From Octopus vulgaris (Eukaryota): DNA of 64,000 nt. Under the pieces are notes generated by a model. It had not been told where the DNA came from, made no database searches, and saw only the letters and a list, made by a program, of their open reading frames with translations. A program made the position numbers and the translations under genes. Every line of letters begins with the position of its first letter. Position 1 is the first letter of the stretch. This document shows, one piece after another, positions 1-13,814 of the stretch. The stretch is taken from positions 60,884,001 through 60,948,000 of the forward strand of contig OX597816.1 in assembly GCA_951406725.2 (NCBI GenBank), given 5' to 3'.

Positions 1-90
1 TTCAAGCAACACAGGTAGATGTAGCTTAAAACAGCCAGTTTGTTTTGTGACATCAGACAGAGACTGCTCTTATTATAATATAGATTGTAA

Positions 91-463
91 GGCAGTGAGC
101 TGGCAGAAATGTTAGCATGCCGGGCGAAATGCTTAATGGTATTTCGTCTGCCATTACGTTCTGAGTTCAAATTCCGCCGAGGTCGACTTTGCCTTTCATC
201 CTTTCAGGGTCGATAAATTAAGTACCAGTTACACACTGGTGTCAATATAATCGACTTAATCCGTTTGTCTGTCCTTGTTTGTGGGTAGTAAAGAAATAGG
301 TATTTCCTCTGTCATTATGTTTTCAGTTCTAACTCTGCCAAGGTTGACTTTGCCTTTCATCCTTTTGGGGTTGATAAATTAAGTACCAGTTGCATACTGA
401 GGTTGATCTAATCGACTGGCTCCCACCCCAAAATTTTCGGGCTTTATGCTTAGAGTAGAAAAG
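91..463 (+). mobile_element. tRNA-derived SINE family A (Deu/Nin-like central domain), dimeric copy
   Basis: Head ggcagtgagctggcagaa, B-box-like gagttcaaattcc, and gcctttcatccttt.ggggt.gataaattaagtacca present twice. Flanked by a 12-bp near-perfect TSD aatatag(a/g)ttgt at 77-88 and 464-475. Confidence 0.8.
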
Positions 464-469
464 AATATA

Positions 470-660
470 GGTTGTTCAGCCATAGGCCAGCTCTGATTAA
501 GCAAACCTACAATCAAAGCATACCATCTTATTTTCAGACACAAATCTATCTAGACTACATCATCCCCTGTGTCCTTCCATTTTTTAAAGATAGTAAGATG
601 TGATTCGAGTGAAATTTAGCTGTTACTTTTAAAAGATCATGTAACTAAATTGAGACTACT
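470..660 (+). repeat. Old dispersed repeat family (representative copy)
   Basis: Consensus-like gttgtt.agcc..aggtcag..ctgat.aagca.acctatgatcaaagg...gtgtgatttgag.gagattt.gctgctattt. Diverged copies recur near 930-1030, 3700-3885, 14215-14410, 15480-15580, 16380-16580, 41900-42070, 42650-43070 and 63820-63940. Confidence 0.6.
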
Positions 661-2708
661 TTTTGCTTCACTTTTTGCCTCTGTATCTCTTCTCTGTCAA
701 GATTCCAATGCTATTAATATATCTCCAAGTTATCTCACCATTATCACAATCACCCTTAACTCTGTCAAATTTTCTACACTCAACCCATTCTATTTAAAAC
801 AACACACAAACATCTTTGTTACTTCCAGTCATCTTTTGCTGATATGAACTCTTTGTTGCTATCATTGTCAACAGCACAATTACATTCTAAATGTGATGGG
901 ATTGCCTGTAAAAAGGGAAGTATTGCCTAATGTAGTCAGATAAAAAAAAGGCATGATGTCCATGGCAGGAACACCTTTGATTATAAGCCTGCTCAATAAG
1001 ATCTGCCTTAAGTCAAAGCAACAACAATACCCACTATCCTTGACAAACAAGTTTATAATATAATGTTCTTAATCTGATGAATAGTTTATTGAATGATTCC
1101 TAACTGAATTATTACTATTAGAAGAAAAACTGCCTTGCAAGTCATTATGATAATTATGATAGACTCTTAGATGAAATATGATGTATAAGTGTCCAGTTGT
1201 TTCATCAACTGGACAACCTGCTCATTGAATTAGTATGTGAAGTGGCTGAATACACAAAGAGATGTGTGTTTTTCATGTAATTCTCACGTAAAATCAGCAT
1301 GTCACAAATGCAACAAAGCTGGTCTTTGAATTAGAGATTCACTCCATTTGAAAAGCCTCTATACAGTTCCCATTTATTTAGATTCATTCACATGGCTTGA
1401 GTCGATCTAAAGCTGTATGTATAGTAATTATCATCTTGTCAAGGGTCACCTTAGCAGCATTTTGGGATCCCAGGCAAAGCAATGCACTGAGATCTCTATA
1501 TACATAAATTAGCATTTGGTCCCTTAGTTTGTGAGGCCCTCCCTGGGCAACTGACCAATGTGTCCATGCTAAAAGATATCACTGCATCTTGATTATATAT
1601 ATAGGACTACACGTTTCAATATATGTTTGCTTAATTCAAAATGGTAGGGTGTGATTTGACTGCAGTTTCCAACAGACTTAGCAACAACTGAATTGTTGTG
1701 TGTGAGTACTGAACTCTTTCATATCTGATGGTAAAAGTATTTGGTGTTAAGAAGAGTGTTTACAAAAACTTCATTATGACTATTCAATTATTTATGTAAA
1801 CATTTAGATTTCAGACAAATCTGAAACTTGTAAAATAAAAGAGTAAAATTGTATAAATATACGAAAATGGGTTTCATTTGGTATAAAATACAAAATATTT
1901 TCATTTTAATAACAATAAATATATATTACTACAAATTTTGAAGCCATTCAAAATAGCTTAGTTAAAAGAGTTTTTAGATTAAAGATCTAATGCTCCCTGG
2001 TTCAATGTCAGCTTTGATATATTGACGAGATTCTGTTTTGTTCTGGGAATTATTACTGACCAAAATTTTAATAATTTAACTTACTTAGTGAAGGAATGTG
2101 AAAAAAGGGAACATTACTGCCACAAACATACATATCAGCATATAATAATCATGTTTGAATGACTTAATAATGTTTAATTGTTTCTGATATGTTAGCACCT
2201 TAATTAGGACAATGGCAATAGCAATAATGGTTATGATGTCAATGATGATGATGGTAATAATGATGAGAAATACAATGGAAACAGCAACTACAACTGGCAT
2301 GGCAGTGTGGTTAAAAAGTTTGCATCACATCACATGGTTTCAGATTCAGTCACAGTGCAATGTGCTTTACATAAATATCATTTGCCATTGTCTCAAGTCA
2401 GCCCCAAGCCTTGTTAGTGAAATTAGATAGATCAAAACTGCACAGAAGCCCATTGGATGGACTGTATATTATTGGGTGATTTTAGCAAAGTCGTCTCTGT
2501 TGCAAGCATTCAATTTAGATCTCAGAAAAATGTCTTTTCTTAGACTGATCTCAGAAGTCCTGCAAAAAGGCAACAGGTACAACAGTTTTTACCCTGACTA
2601 AGCTATTAAAAAAAAAAGCAAAATCAAATATCAGTCCCTTGCAACTATAAGAATTTGAGCCACATCTACCCAAACTAAAAGCTGCATAAGATATATATTT
2701 AAAGGTAA

Positions 2709-3161
2709 TCTATACATATAAAGCTGAAGTTGTCTGTGTGTGTGTTTGTGTGTATGTGGCAGGTTTGGTAGCCTTCAACTAACACTATCTCCTCTGAGAC
2801 CCTGCAGTGCAAGTTGACCAAAATTGAGAGTATGATAGAAGAAGACTTGTTCTTCATTTCATAGAAGAAAAAATTCAAATCGGACCATGTTAAAACCAAA
2901 AATTATTTACATCAAAAAGATGCTTTTGTTCTATGAAAATCCCTATTTTTTACGATTTTTTTACTGCTGTGTCGCCATTTTTCGGTGTATTTCAACCAGA
3001 AAAATTTTTACTTAAAGAGAATAACAAGCTATATAATGCAAAATTCTTACTTTTCAAAAAAGATTGAAACTATGTCAAACCTTTGTTAATGCAACATCAA
3101 AGTCTGCCATTTTAAGCACAACTAAAAAACAAACCTGAGCAACGCCAGGCTATACTGCTAG
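2709..3161 (+). mobile_element. Non-autonomous Helitron
   Basis: 5' TC start (a|tctatacatataaa), then a (TG)n tract, a subterminal hairpin cctgagcaacgccagg and a 3' CTAG end. Inserted between A and T with no TSD. Confidence 0.8.
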
Positions 3162-4967
3162 TCATTATATTATAATATATAATGTTATATTTTTAAAGGT
3201 AATCATACTACTCTTCTAACTTATCTGAAGAAATTTTTGTGCCAGAAATCTTGTCCAAATATTGAACTTGAATTCTCCAATATCCCTGGTGGAGTGCCAG
3301 TGAGGAATGTTAAAGAGGGAATAAAAAATCATACCATATCAATGTTTGTAATGAAAAGCTGGTGTAGAAATATGAGATGATATATTTCAAAGAAAAGAAA
3401 GTAATGATTTCTTATATATAGGCACAAGGCCACCAATTTTGGAGAAAGATAGGGATAGTTAAATCAATGTCAGTACTTGGCTGATAATTATTTTGCTCAC
3501 CCCAAAATGACAATACAAAATTGACCTTCTCAGAACATAAAAGGACATAACTAAGTATAATATACCACTCTATCATTCCTGCCATCCAAAAATAATAATA
3601 ATAATAATTTATTACTATATATTATAATAATATAAAGTATATTAGCATTCCAAGGAGTAAGCAACATCAAGTAAATATACAGATGGAAAATAGCTTCTTG
3701 TTCCATCTCACATCAGCTGAGATAGAATAAACCTATAGCCAAAGGCATTCCAGCTATGGTCATTCTACCTGCTTTTTTTCTTTCTTCAAACTTATGTTCC
3801 TTGTGTAAGATGGTAAGATCTGATAAAGGGGAGATCTGGCTGCTATTTTTAGCCAGCCAAACGACCACAAGGAGGTTCCCTCATAGGTGAAACTGATATT
3901 TTGATAGATGACTTCCACATAAATGGGGGTGCTGAAGTCAATGACTAACATCATATTCACTTCAAACTGGATACATATTACTTTTAAGATCTGGCATCAC
4001 AGCTGGTAGAGTTGTTAGGGTACTGGCTTACAAAAGAAAGGATCAATGACTCCCTCTTTATAATACAAGTATGGCTGTACAGCTAAGAAGTTTATTTCAC
4101 TATGTGGTGTCAGCTTTAATCCTTTAGCATTTGGATTACTCTTTTGAAAATAATGCTTATTTATTCACTATGGCTTTCTGGGGTGAATGGGAAAATGAAA
4201 AGATCTTCACGACCACCCTCAGACAGTTTTGAAAGCCCATAGAAAACTGTGGATTTGTATAAAGGACACACAGATACACAGACATTTTACCATTTATAGA
4301 TACAGGGATAATATCTCTGAAAAGGACACAACAATGGTAGCTACTATTTTTCCACTGAAATCTTAAGCTTCTGTTGGTCTGCTCCTAGTAGATCCAAGCA
4401 ACACTAAAACCTTAGGACCACGATTAAGACAATAGGAAACTACTTTAGAGTATTTTATTAGAGATACTATGAGAGGTATGCTAAAGAGAGAGCACGAGAG
4501 AGAGAAAGAAATTAAAGTAAAGCAGGTTAACAGTTCAGTTGATATCACAACCAATGCACAGTACCCATGACCATCCAGAGATTTTACTAGATAGTACCAC
4601 AAGGTCATAAAATCTGCTACAAAAAGCAGTAGCAACACTATAAAATCGACAAGTATTATGTTTACTTGCAGTACTGCATTCAACATCACTTAAAAGTATG
4701 GAACGTTTTTCAGGAATGCTGGAAGACACTCAGAAACTGCAGGAATCAATGAAAAAGAAACGTGTGGGCTTGCATGTTGTTGCTACTGATGATTAACTTC
4801 AAGTCAGATCCAATCAAGAGGTATTACCATCCAATATTTTTTTGAAAACAGTATATCAAGGACTACATTATTTTTAGCCAGAGGAATGTACCATCACTGG
4901 CTTATGTGGCTCAAGGTAAATGATGATAATGTTGATTGATAAAATATATTAGAGTAGAGTACAAGAG

Positions 4968-4973
4968 TGCACG

Positions 4974-5047
<74 letters not shown>
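4968..5047. repeat. (CA)n microsatellite
   Basis: About 35 CA units directly visible. Confidence 0.95.
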
Positions 5048-5048
<1 letters not shown>

Positions 5049-5688
5049 GGTGTTTGGGCTAAATTTGATAATATTTTATGCCACTTTTTTCAAGAACAGC
5101 TTGATGTATTAGTAATCAGTCAATGGCATCAGGGAGCATAAAGGTTGAAGTCATAGTTGAGAAAAAGTTAGCTGATATGGATTTCTGAAAGTCATCTGAA
5201 TACTGAAAAAAAGTTACCTGTATCATTAATTGTGCCTGGTATCAAACTACCAAAGACGTGACATGGACAGCAGCAATGGAGATTATGAAACCATGGCCAG
5301 TAGGAATGGACAGACATAGTAGCCATTCTAACTGCATCTGTCAATCAGAAGTCACCCCCACACCTTTGAACAGGGCTTTAGGCTCAATTAAGACAGTTAT
5401 GTAAAGCTGCTGGAGATTGTGGTAAATCCCTGGCTGGAGAGGGCTGCTGTTGGAAGGCCATATGTGTGGTAGCAGGATTCAGCTCTGTCCCATACTTTTG
5501 GAAAGAGTCAGAAGTAGCTTCCAGAGATACAATACAAAGACCAAGCTGGTGACCAAGATCAAGTTGTTCAATGATCTTTCTAGGGACACTGTAAAGAATG
5601 CATGGGCCAGTTTCCAGAGCCATCTTGACGTTATGGTGGAAGCTGAGGACAGCTACCTTAAGTAAACTGTTTTCTCCCAACCATAATC
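5047..5688 (+). pseudogene. Internally deleted Tc1/mariner-superfamily (maT-like) transposon with transposase remnant
   Basis: Translates FEQGFRLN*DSYVKLLEIVVNPWLERAAVGRPYVW*QDSALSHTFGKSQK*L, a decayed form of the second catalytic Asp motif QQDxAPxH. C-terminus is ...RDTVKNAWASFQSHLDVMVEAEDSYLK*. TIR-like start ggtgtttgggctaaatttga. The segment with the third catalytic residue is deleted. Confidence 0.75.
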
Positions 5689-5885
5689 TATTGGGTTGTC
5701 TGGAAAGTTCATGCCAATTTTCAAAGAAAAGAAAATGGTCAATAAATACTTGCCATTACATTTTTAATCAACCAAATATGAACCATTTTGTTGCACAATG
5801 CGTCTCCATCTTTCCTTTAACTTGAAAATACCCTCTTCCCAGAATTGAGGTGGTTTCATGGCAAAGAATTCATCAAGGTATCTAA
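5689..5885 (-). mobile_element. mariner transposon 3' end
   Basis: 5764-5880 translates YLDEFFAMKPPQFWEEGIFKLKERWRRIVQQNGSYLVD*, a typical mariner C-terminus. TA followed by TIR ttgggttgtc.ggaaagttc at 5689. Confidence 0.85.
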
Positions 5886-5942
5886 CCTGGTGTTAGAACT
5901 CAATATTCATACTCTTCAGAACAAGGAGTCAGTCAAATACTT

Positions 5943-6136
5943 TCTTTTACTTGTTTCAGTCATTTGACTGTGGCCATGCTGGAGCAACGCGTTTAGTCAA
6001 TCAAATTGACCATAGTAAGCCTAGTACTTATTCTATCGGTCTCTTTTGTTGAACTGCTAAGTTACGGGGGACGTAAACACACCACCATTGGTTGTCAAGC
6101 GATGTTGGGGGAACAAACACAGACACACAAACATAT

Positions 6137-6169
<33 letters not shown>

Positions 6170-6276
6170 ACGGGAAGCTTTATGAAAATAAACAAAAGAC
6201 GAAGGCAGGTGGAAAACAAACGAACAATTGTATTAGTATGGCGCTCAGGAAATATAAATAAAACAAGTCTTTAACG

Positions 6277-6310
<34 letters not shown>

Positions 6311-6468
6311 GACGGGTTTCTTTCAGTTTCCGTCTACCAAATCCACTCACAAGGCTTTGGTCAGCTTGAGGCTATAGTAGAAGACACTTGCCCAAGGTGC
6401 CACGCAGTGGGACTGAACCCAGAATCATGTGGTTGGTAAGAAAGCTACTTACCACACAGCCACTCCTA
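5943..6468 (-). mobile_element. tRNA-derived SINE family B (CORE-like, internal TA/CA microsatellite)
   Basis: Head ggagtggctgtgtggtaag...gggttcagtcccactgcgtggcaccttgggcaagtg and tail ...actgaaacaagtaaaag. A foreign 110-bp module is inserted in its (TA)n at 6170-6280. Confidence 0.85.
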
Positions 6469-6615
6469 CACACACACACACATATATATATTTATATATA
6501 AAGCCTTAAACTATGTCGATGTAATTTCTTATGTAATACAAATTGATCAATACTAGCATAGAGCATACTAATAGTATAATCTAGTTGACATCCTAGAATA
6601 ACTATGTCTGCATGC

Positions 6616-6683
<68 letters not shown>

Positions 6684-7397
6684 TGGCAGTATTGGGAACA
6701 GAACTATATTTGTAAATAGCAAAATGAGTGTGTATGTGTGTCATGACTAATTGACTGAATGAACCAGAATAAGCAAGTGAAAAAGCAAGCATGATGAGCA
6801 AGCAACTGAATGAAAGAGTAGGTGAATGAATGAGTGTGTATGTTTCTGAATGAATGAGTGTGAGTGAGCTAGTAAATATACATTTTGTTGAGTATTCTAA
6901 ATGGACAGAATCAAATAATATAAGGCAATTTAATCAAGTATACTTCTGGACTTGTAACAAATATAAGAGTTTTTTCATGTAGGTAATTAGGCCAGTAATA
7001 TTCAGAGAAGGGTAGTGGTTGATTGAATAAATTCAGTAAATGGTTGGCTCTTATTTTATCAACCCTGAAGAGAGGAAGGGCAAAGTCAACTTCATGGTGA
7101 ATTGAATTCAGAACATAGGATGCTGTATCTAAATATTGCAGTATCAGTTTTGCTATCCACTAAATCTTGCGACAAAGATAGAGATGTTAATCATAATAAT
7201 GATTTTAAGATAGGCAGGAAGGCTATATTTTAGACATAAACTGGCCAATGGATGCTTTTCAGAGTCCACTCTGTTGCAAGCATTTCTGCCAGGATAACTT
7301 CTTCACTTCCTTCCACTAGCCCCTAATGCTCTGAAAAGGGGTCATGGATACTAACCTTCCTTCCCTGACTAAGACATTTTTAAAAAGAAATTATTAT

Positions 7398-8004
7398 AGG
7401 TGCAGGTATGGCTGTGTGGTAAGAAGCTTGCTTACCAACCACATACCTCCAGGTTCAGTCCAATTGCATTGCTCCTTAGGCAAGTGTTTTCTACTATAGC
7501 CCCAGGCCAAACAAAGCCTTGTGAGTGAATTTGGTAGATGGATGCTGATAAAAGCTTGTCATGTGTGTGTGTATTACATATATATATGAACTATAACCCA
7601 TTTGTCTTCTTTCTTTAATACACACACACACATATTAAAGAAAGAAGACAACTGAGTTAAGGTTCACTACAGCTTTTTCAGATGTGTTTTGTTCCTGTTG
7701 ATGAATAATTTGATTGCATCATGAAAACAGAAGTTTTCTTCTGGTGAATTACAATATAAGATTGTGTGTGTGTGTGTATGTGTGTGCGCCTTTGTATTTT
7801 TCCCTCACCACCAGTTAACAACCAGTGTTGGTTTGTTTATGTCCCCATGAATTAGCAGTTTGGCAAAGAAACTGACAGAATAAATGCCAAGCTTAAAAAC
7901 AGAAATTAGTAATACTGGGGTGAATTTGTTCAACTAAAACCCTTCAAGACAGTGCCCCAGTATGGCCACAGTCCAATGACTGAAACAAGTAAAAGATGAA
8001 AGAT
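7398..8004 (+). mobile_element. SINE family B copy with nested insert
   Basis: Same head and tail as 5943-6468 in the opposite orientation. Insert at 7585-7760. Confidence 0.75.
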
Positions 8005-9734
8005 ATCTATTATCTACCAGCCTAGTTATAATGAAGATACAGAACACATCTAAATTAATAGCAGCAGTTTATTCACTCAGTTTATTTTGACTATACATGA
8101 TGAAATTTCTTAAGACAAGTGTGTCTGTTAGAGACGAGTTTTAATTTTTGAGGCTAGGCCCTCCTTCAAAGAGGGCTCAGAACAGTACTCACTTCTCAAT
8201 ATGGCTCTCAAACTTACCTTTATTTTATATATTCTGTCAAAATACATTGACAACAAAGATCATCACAAGTTTTGTTTGTTTCTAGTTTTTATCTATAACT
8301 TTACATAGCTCTGGTTGGTATAATTATCCCTTATGGGTGTATGATTATATACTGCCTCAGAGAGTTAAACACACCCTACCTTGCATGGTTAAACGACTGT
8401 TTTGTCAATATAGTTTCTCATTAGAACTGAGAACATGCCATGCCATGTGGTAGCATTGATGGTTTTTGAAATCCACAGCATCTTCCAATCAACTGTGTTG
8501 TAATGACCACAACTGACATACTTAATGACCTGTTCATGCCACTGAAAAACAGTTACACCTATCTTTAGAAATTTTATCAAGTGAAACTGTAGTCAGAATA
8601 AATTATTATATTTCCCAATGAGTGCTTTTAGCAACTTGCAAAAGCTAGCAATGCTTACAAAAAAATAAAATACTTTTGCAAGCAGCCTTTATTGTTATGT
8701 TCACTCATACATTCAAAGGATTGTTTAGTGGGTAGTGGGTGGATAACTATGAAAGCAATTATGATCGCTAGCACTGTACGGCAGCAGAAAGAGAATTATC
8801 ACATGAAAGATAAATTTACAGTCAGAAATATCTTACAGAGATTGTCAGTAAATATAGTTTGAAACAAAAACTGACTACTAACAAAAATAAGTGGAAGAGC
8901 TGCACGATTATCAGCCAATGCTGTATGAATAGTGTGCACTCCCTCTTGCTTTAAGTTATCATGCTGAAAAGTGGGTACCATACCCACTTTATGGTTGGAT
9001 GAACATGCAACCATAAAACATTTTAGCAATTGCTGTAAATATCCACATTTACAGAACCACCCAATATATGCAAAATGTAAAATGGAAAAAAAAAGACATT
9101 TTTTTTATAGACACAACATTTAAATAATGATTTATTTATTTCGTTAATTTTAATTACCCTGGCCATGTAACCTGTTTTGTTTCTGCATGAGAGACAGACA
9201 GACAGACAAAGTGTGTGCGTGTGTGTGCATGCGTTTGTATGCATGTATGTGCATGTTTGTGTGTGTGTGTGTGTGTGTGCATGTGCATGCAGGTGAAAGA
9301 AAGAGAGATTGTGTATCTGTGTCCATACTTTTATTAGTGACTTACTGTGCAAACAACCCATCTCATTAATATGTCCGACCTATGCCTGCATAGAATAATG
9401 GTTGTTAAAGCAACAACACTACACATGGTGGTGGTGGTGAAAAGTACGACTATAATGGTGTACAATTGTATTGATGATGACAATGGTTCCATTTAATGTT
9501 AAACTATATTGCGGTATTTTCACAGAAATCTATGTAAACAAGGATGGTGTTTCACGAGCCAATTACTACTTTAAAGTTTTAATATTTTATTGGAGGAGTA
9601 GGATAGCTGCTTAGGATAGTTATGGATCTTCCCAGATTGAAGAATTCGCTATGGTTGACGTTTGAGTTACTGTAGGAAAAAGTATGGGGCTGGAGAAAGG
9701 AGTTCTAGCAGATATAGTACTGGAGTAGAAAGAC

Positions 9735-9941
9735 TAACCCTTAAGCATTCAGATAACTCTGTCAAATGTAATGCATATTCATTCACATTCTTTTGAATTA
9801 ATCTTGTATTAACTTGTAGCTTTCAGATTTGTATGATGTGACTGTTTATGATTTGAATGACATTGTCAGGTAGGTGTGAGAGGCCAAATCTGGCCAGTCT
9901 GAAAATAAAACAGGTAGAACATTTTGGGCCAGATATGACTG
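9735..9941 (+). mobile_element. TTAA-ended (piggyBac-type) MITE, interrupted
   Basis: Starts taacccttaagcattcaga; the complementary end tctgaatgctaaaggattaa lies at 10397-10416. A related copy is at 42722-42945. Confidence 0.55.
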
Positions 9942-10320
9942 TGTAGCGGCACAAGCAGCCAGCGCCATATTGGATGAGACCTCACGGCAACCGTTGCCAT
10001 CTCCGAGAATGGAGTGAGACCTCACCTGCATCCATTTGCCATGTGTGAGATCACAACGAGGCTCGCAATGGAAACTATATAAACGGAAAACCGATTCAGA
10101 CCTGTCTTTTCGGTGCACCACTACTCAGCAGCACTGGTTGAACACCACCACTGGCAGAGGCTTTCTGCCTGTCTATCTCCAGAGGCAATGTGCCCACACT
10201 ATCGGAGCTTAAGATGGTAGCTGAGAGTAGCACACTTCACCTTTCCTGTAAATAAACCAGTTGTATATAGCAGTTGTACTTAAAGTCTATTTTCTTCACC
10301 TGCCAGAAGCCTGAACTACA
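9942..10320 (+). mobile_element. Solo-LTR-like unit
   Basis: TGTAG...CTACA inverted termini, TATA box ctatataaac at 10075-10084, AATAAA at 10251. CpG-richer than its flanks. No clear TSD. Confidence 0.6.
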
Positions 10321-11179
10321 TAAAGAACAAGAAGATGATGGAAGGAGACGATATTCCTCCGATATCGTAAACCTTGCCTTCCATTATTAAAACTGCTCTG
10401 AATGCTAAAGGATTAATCATAGCATTTAGCACAAGGTTTGGAATGGGCAGAGCAGAAAAAGAATGGTGAGAAGAAATTGGGCTGTAGCAGGTGGGCTTTG
10501 GTGGAAGTGATATACTGTTCACTGTCTAACAATTTTAGAAGAGAAAATTCTTGTAGAGGACACAGGGAGCAGAAACAGTATGACGGTGTTCTAATACTTG
10601 TAGTGTTGTGGCGAATGTGTTTCCACCAATCAGTCAGATAGCAATTTTGGGAATGTAGTTAGTGTGCATAACATCAGCACAGTCTCTCATTTGTGAACAG
10701 TACTCTTATGTAACGTGGGTCACATTTGGACTTTGTCAACAACCAAAAACTGATCAGAACTGAAGTATTTTCTCATTCTAAAAAAATCTAATATCAGGAA
10801 TGCAGTTTTGGCAATGTGAGGTTACATGCAAGATCAATGTGTAAGGCTTAACATTTGTAGCAAACTGGGTTGTCTTGAATAAGCCATAACTTAACATTAC
10901 AAGCAAACATTGTTTTGTATAAATTGAAAATCATCATAAATTTAACATCCATTTTGCCATGCTTGCATGGGTTTGATAGAATTTATTGAGACAGAATCTT
11001 TTGGCCAGATACCATTCCTGTTGCCAACCCTCTCCTGTTTCCAAGCAAGGTAATATTTCCCCATGGCTGGGCATGGTCATGCAGAATATTAGAAATGAAT
11101 GACACTGTTTGTATGATAGTGACACTCACAGCTATCATACAATATCAAAACAAGGAGACTCAAACACACACATATATAC

Positions 11180-11480
11180 ATATCATCATCATCATCGTTA
11201 AACATCTGTTTTCCATGCTGGCATGGGTTGGATGGTTTGATATGGAGCTGGCCAGCTGGGGAGCTGTTCAAACTCAAATTGTCTGTTGTGACATGGTTTC
11301 TACAGCTTGATGCCCTTCCTAACACCAACCACTTAACACAGTGTGCTGGGTGGCCTTTATGTACCACCAGCATGGGTGCATTTACGCAGCATTGGCACGG
11401 GTGCCTTTTATGTGCAACTGGCACCTCAAGGACAAGCCTGTGTGCACAGAAGATGGAAGACAGTGATTTTACTTAGCTTG
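11180..11480 (-). mobile_element. RTE LINE 3'-end fragment with (GAT)n tail
   Basis: Matches the 3' UTR terminus of the RTE at 46216 (catcatc...ttttccatgctggcatgggttggatgg...gatgcccttcctaac). Confidence 0.75.
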
Positions 11481-11913
11481 ACGTGTGTGTGTATAAGAAT
11501 GACAAGTAATAAGAGGCAGTAAAAATGTTGAATTAGCAGAGTCATTAGAGCATCAGATAGAATGCCTTGTGGTATTTGTTCCAACTCTCTGCACTCTTAA
11601 TCAGAGGTTAACTTTGCCTTTAATCTTTTCAGGATCAATTAGAAAGGCAGAAGATTGGTGGAACTGTTAGAGGTTAGGCCAGATGCCATGCAGTATTTGC
11701 TCTGGCTTTTTGCATTCTGACAGTAATGCCTATGATGACACTGGTGCCAAACTTGATTAGCCCAAGTTAGCAGCCTTTCCTCTGGATAAACATCAGTATC
11801 ATGGAGAGGAGAGACCTGCATGCATGGGCCACTGTTAGTCTTCCTTAAAAAAATCTTTTCCAAGCCAGTACAATCACGTATAGATGTATGATGAACCTTG
11901 ACTGGTGGCAGCC

Positions 11914-11964
<51 letters not shown>

Positions 11965-11969
<5 letters not shown>

Positions 11970-12120
11970 CAGTATGAAGAGTTGGACATCCAGTGATAAA
12001 AATTTAGTAGTTAGCAATGAGACATTCAGTTGTAAAACTTGAGTAGTTAGCAGTGTCAGACAACAAGAAATAAAAATTTAGTAGTTAGCAGTAAGACATC
12101 CAGTACAAAAATCAATAGTT
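11965..12120. repeat. About 36-40-bp minisatellite
   Basis: Unit aaa(t)ttagtagttagca.tgagacatccagt repeated 3-4 times next to (TA)n. Confidence 0.7.
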
Positions 12121-13039
12121 CCAGCACCATGCTAATAAATACATTTGTAAAAAATAAAAATCTATCCCAAACATGCGAACAGAAAAAAACATGAATTCTA
12201 AATAGAAAGGAGAAAAGTCAGGGGAAAGAATTTGATTGTTGACTCTAACTCAGCTTTTGTTTGGTAGATGGATCATTGATTGTTTCATTAACTTCCATTT
12301 CCTCTTAGCTTAATTGCCATTTTGACAATGCTTAATTAGTCATAGTAGGAGTAATGACCATCCTAAACATACACATCAATGACCATAATGTGACCTCTAC
12401 CAATGCAGACAACCTGTGTAAAGAACAGTTACACACTTAGTCGACAGTTGATATTCTTACAATATTACCTTTCAGCATGTGTGTTTCACACACACATACA
12501 CACCTTGTATTATCTATGGTAATAATTTGTTATTCAATTTATTGTTGTTGATGTTATTTAACCCCTAATCAGCTCTGATCTATGACTAGGTATCCTAGCC
12601 ATCATGGATTTTTTGTAGATGATACAACAATTTCAAGGGCTTCTTTCATTGAGTCATTAGTTAATACTTTTGAGCAGATAATACACTATAATAAAAAAGG
12701 ATCTTCTACACTGGATACAAAACCATATTTGATGTAATCTTTGTGATATTGTCTACAGAATCTTTTTCCCAAGTTGGTGCATGGAGAATTAAGGGAACGT
12801 TTTTCCATATCACTGACAGCAAAATTTCTACAGATTACAATTAGACTAACACTTGCTCAAATATGTACATACTTGGAGAGATAATACAATATGTTGGGTA
12901 AGCTTTAAGAACTGCGGTTTCATTAGTATTCCTCAATTTAAAAGTCAGGTAGAAAACATGATTGCCTTGACTGGCTGAGAACACACAATTTTTTGTGTGT
13001 TTTTAATGCACACAAACATGGATCTGATTGTACGCATCT

Positions 13040-13271
13040 ATACCTGTCTAGTACACATCCATGTATAATTGGATAGCTAATCATCCAATAGGCAATGAAT
13101 GCACTCAGATGTGCTCACGCATATGCAATGAGGCATATTCTGTTTGCGCAACATGTGCGTGTACGGAAAAATTTAAATTCTTCAGGTGGACCACAGAAAA
13201 TTTTCCACAAACCATCTGAATTTTCCTGTGGACCACCTAGTGATCCACATGGACCAGGTTGGGAACCCCTG
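13040..13271. mobile_element. hAT-type DNA transposon end
   Basis: Ends gttgggaacccctg (reverse complement CAGGGGTTCCCAAC, an hAT-like TIR) with repeated subterminal gtggacca motifs. The left boundary is uncertain. Confidence 0.55.
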
Positions 13272-13814
13272 ATGTATACCTTATGGTATTTAGTTATTAT
13301 TTTTTAACTTTAAGCATAATGGGACATGACCCTTATTACAGTTACCTCTTGCTCCTCTGAGCTGGCTGGTCACATCTCCATTCAGGCATCCTGATTCACT
13401 CATCTCTCTCTTGTCACTCATACTGTGTCTACCCCCACCCAACAACTTACACCCTAAGCATTGGCCCTTAAGTACAATATTTTCTCCTAAGAATGTCAAC
13501 CCTCTGGAATCTCCCCTTGCAAATGTTTTTCATGAAAACATCAACTTGCCAAGGGAAATATTAATGGCCTTGAATTCACCAAACATGGATGGCCTGCAAA
13601 GATCAACCCCCTCCCTCCAGGCCTAACAACTAAAATGAAAAAAAAATCAAACACTGAGGTCAGATGAAGCAACTTTACTCTTCTCTAAAATTTGTGGTCT
13701 TCTGCCTATGTTGAGAATTCCTTAGAATTTCCTACTAAGGGTGATGGAATTGCAGAATTGGTAGGATACTCGACAAAATATCTTGCAATATCTAGTCATA
13801 TTTTAAGGCTGCTA

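Noticed and set aside
2085-2430. Hydrophobic / Met-rich ORFs
   Set aside because: They derive from an (ATG/ATA)n trinucleotide-like tract plus a SINE head.
7021-7040. TGA ATA AAT TCA (U-I-N-S) as a selenocysteine MsrB active site
   Set aside because: It is on the wrong strand, lies inside a decayed SINE, and has no preceding RY/GP motif.
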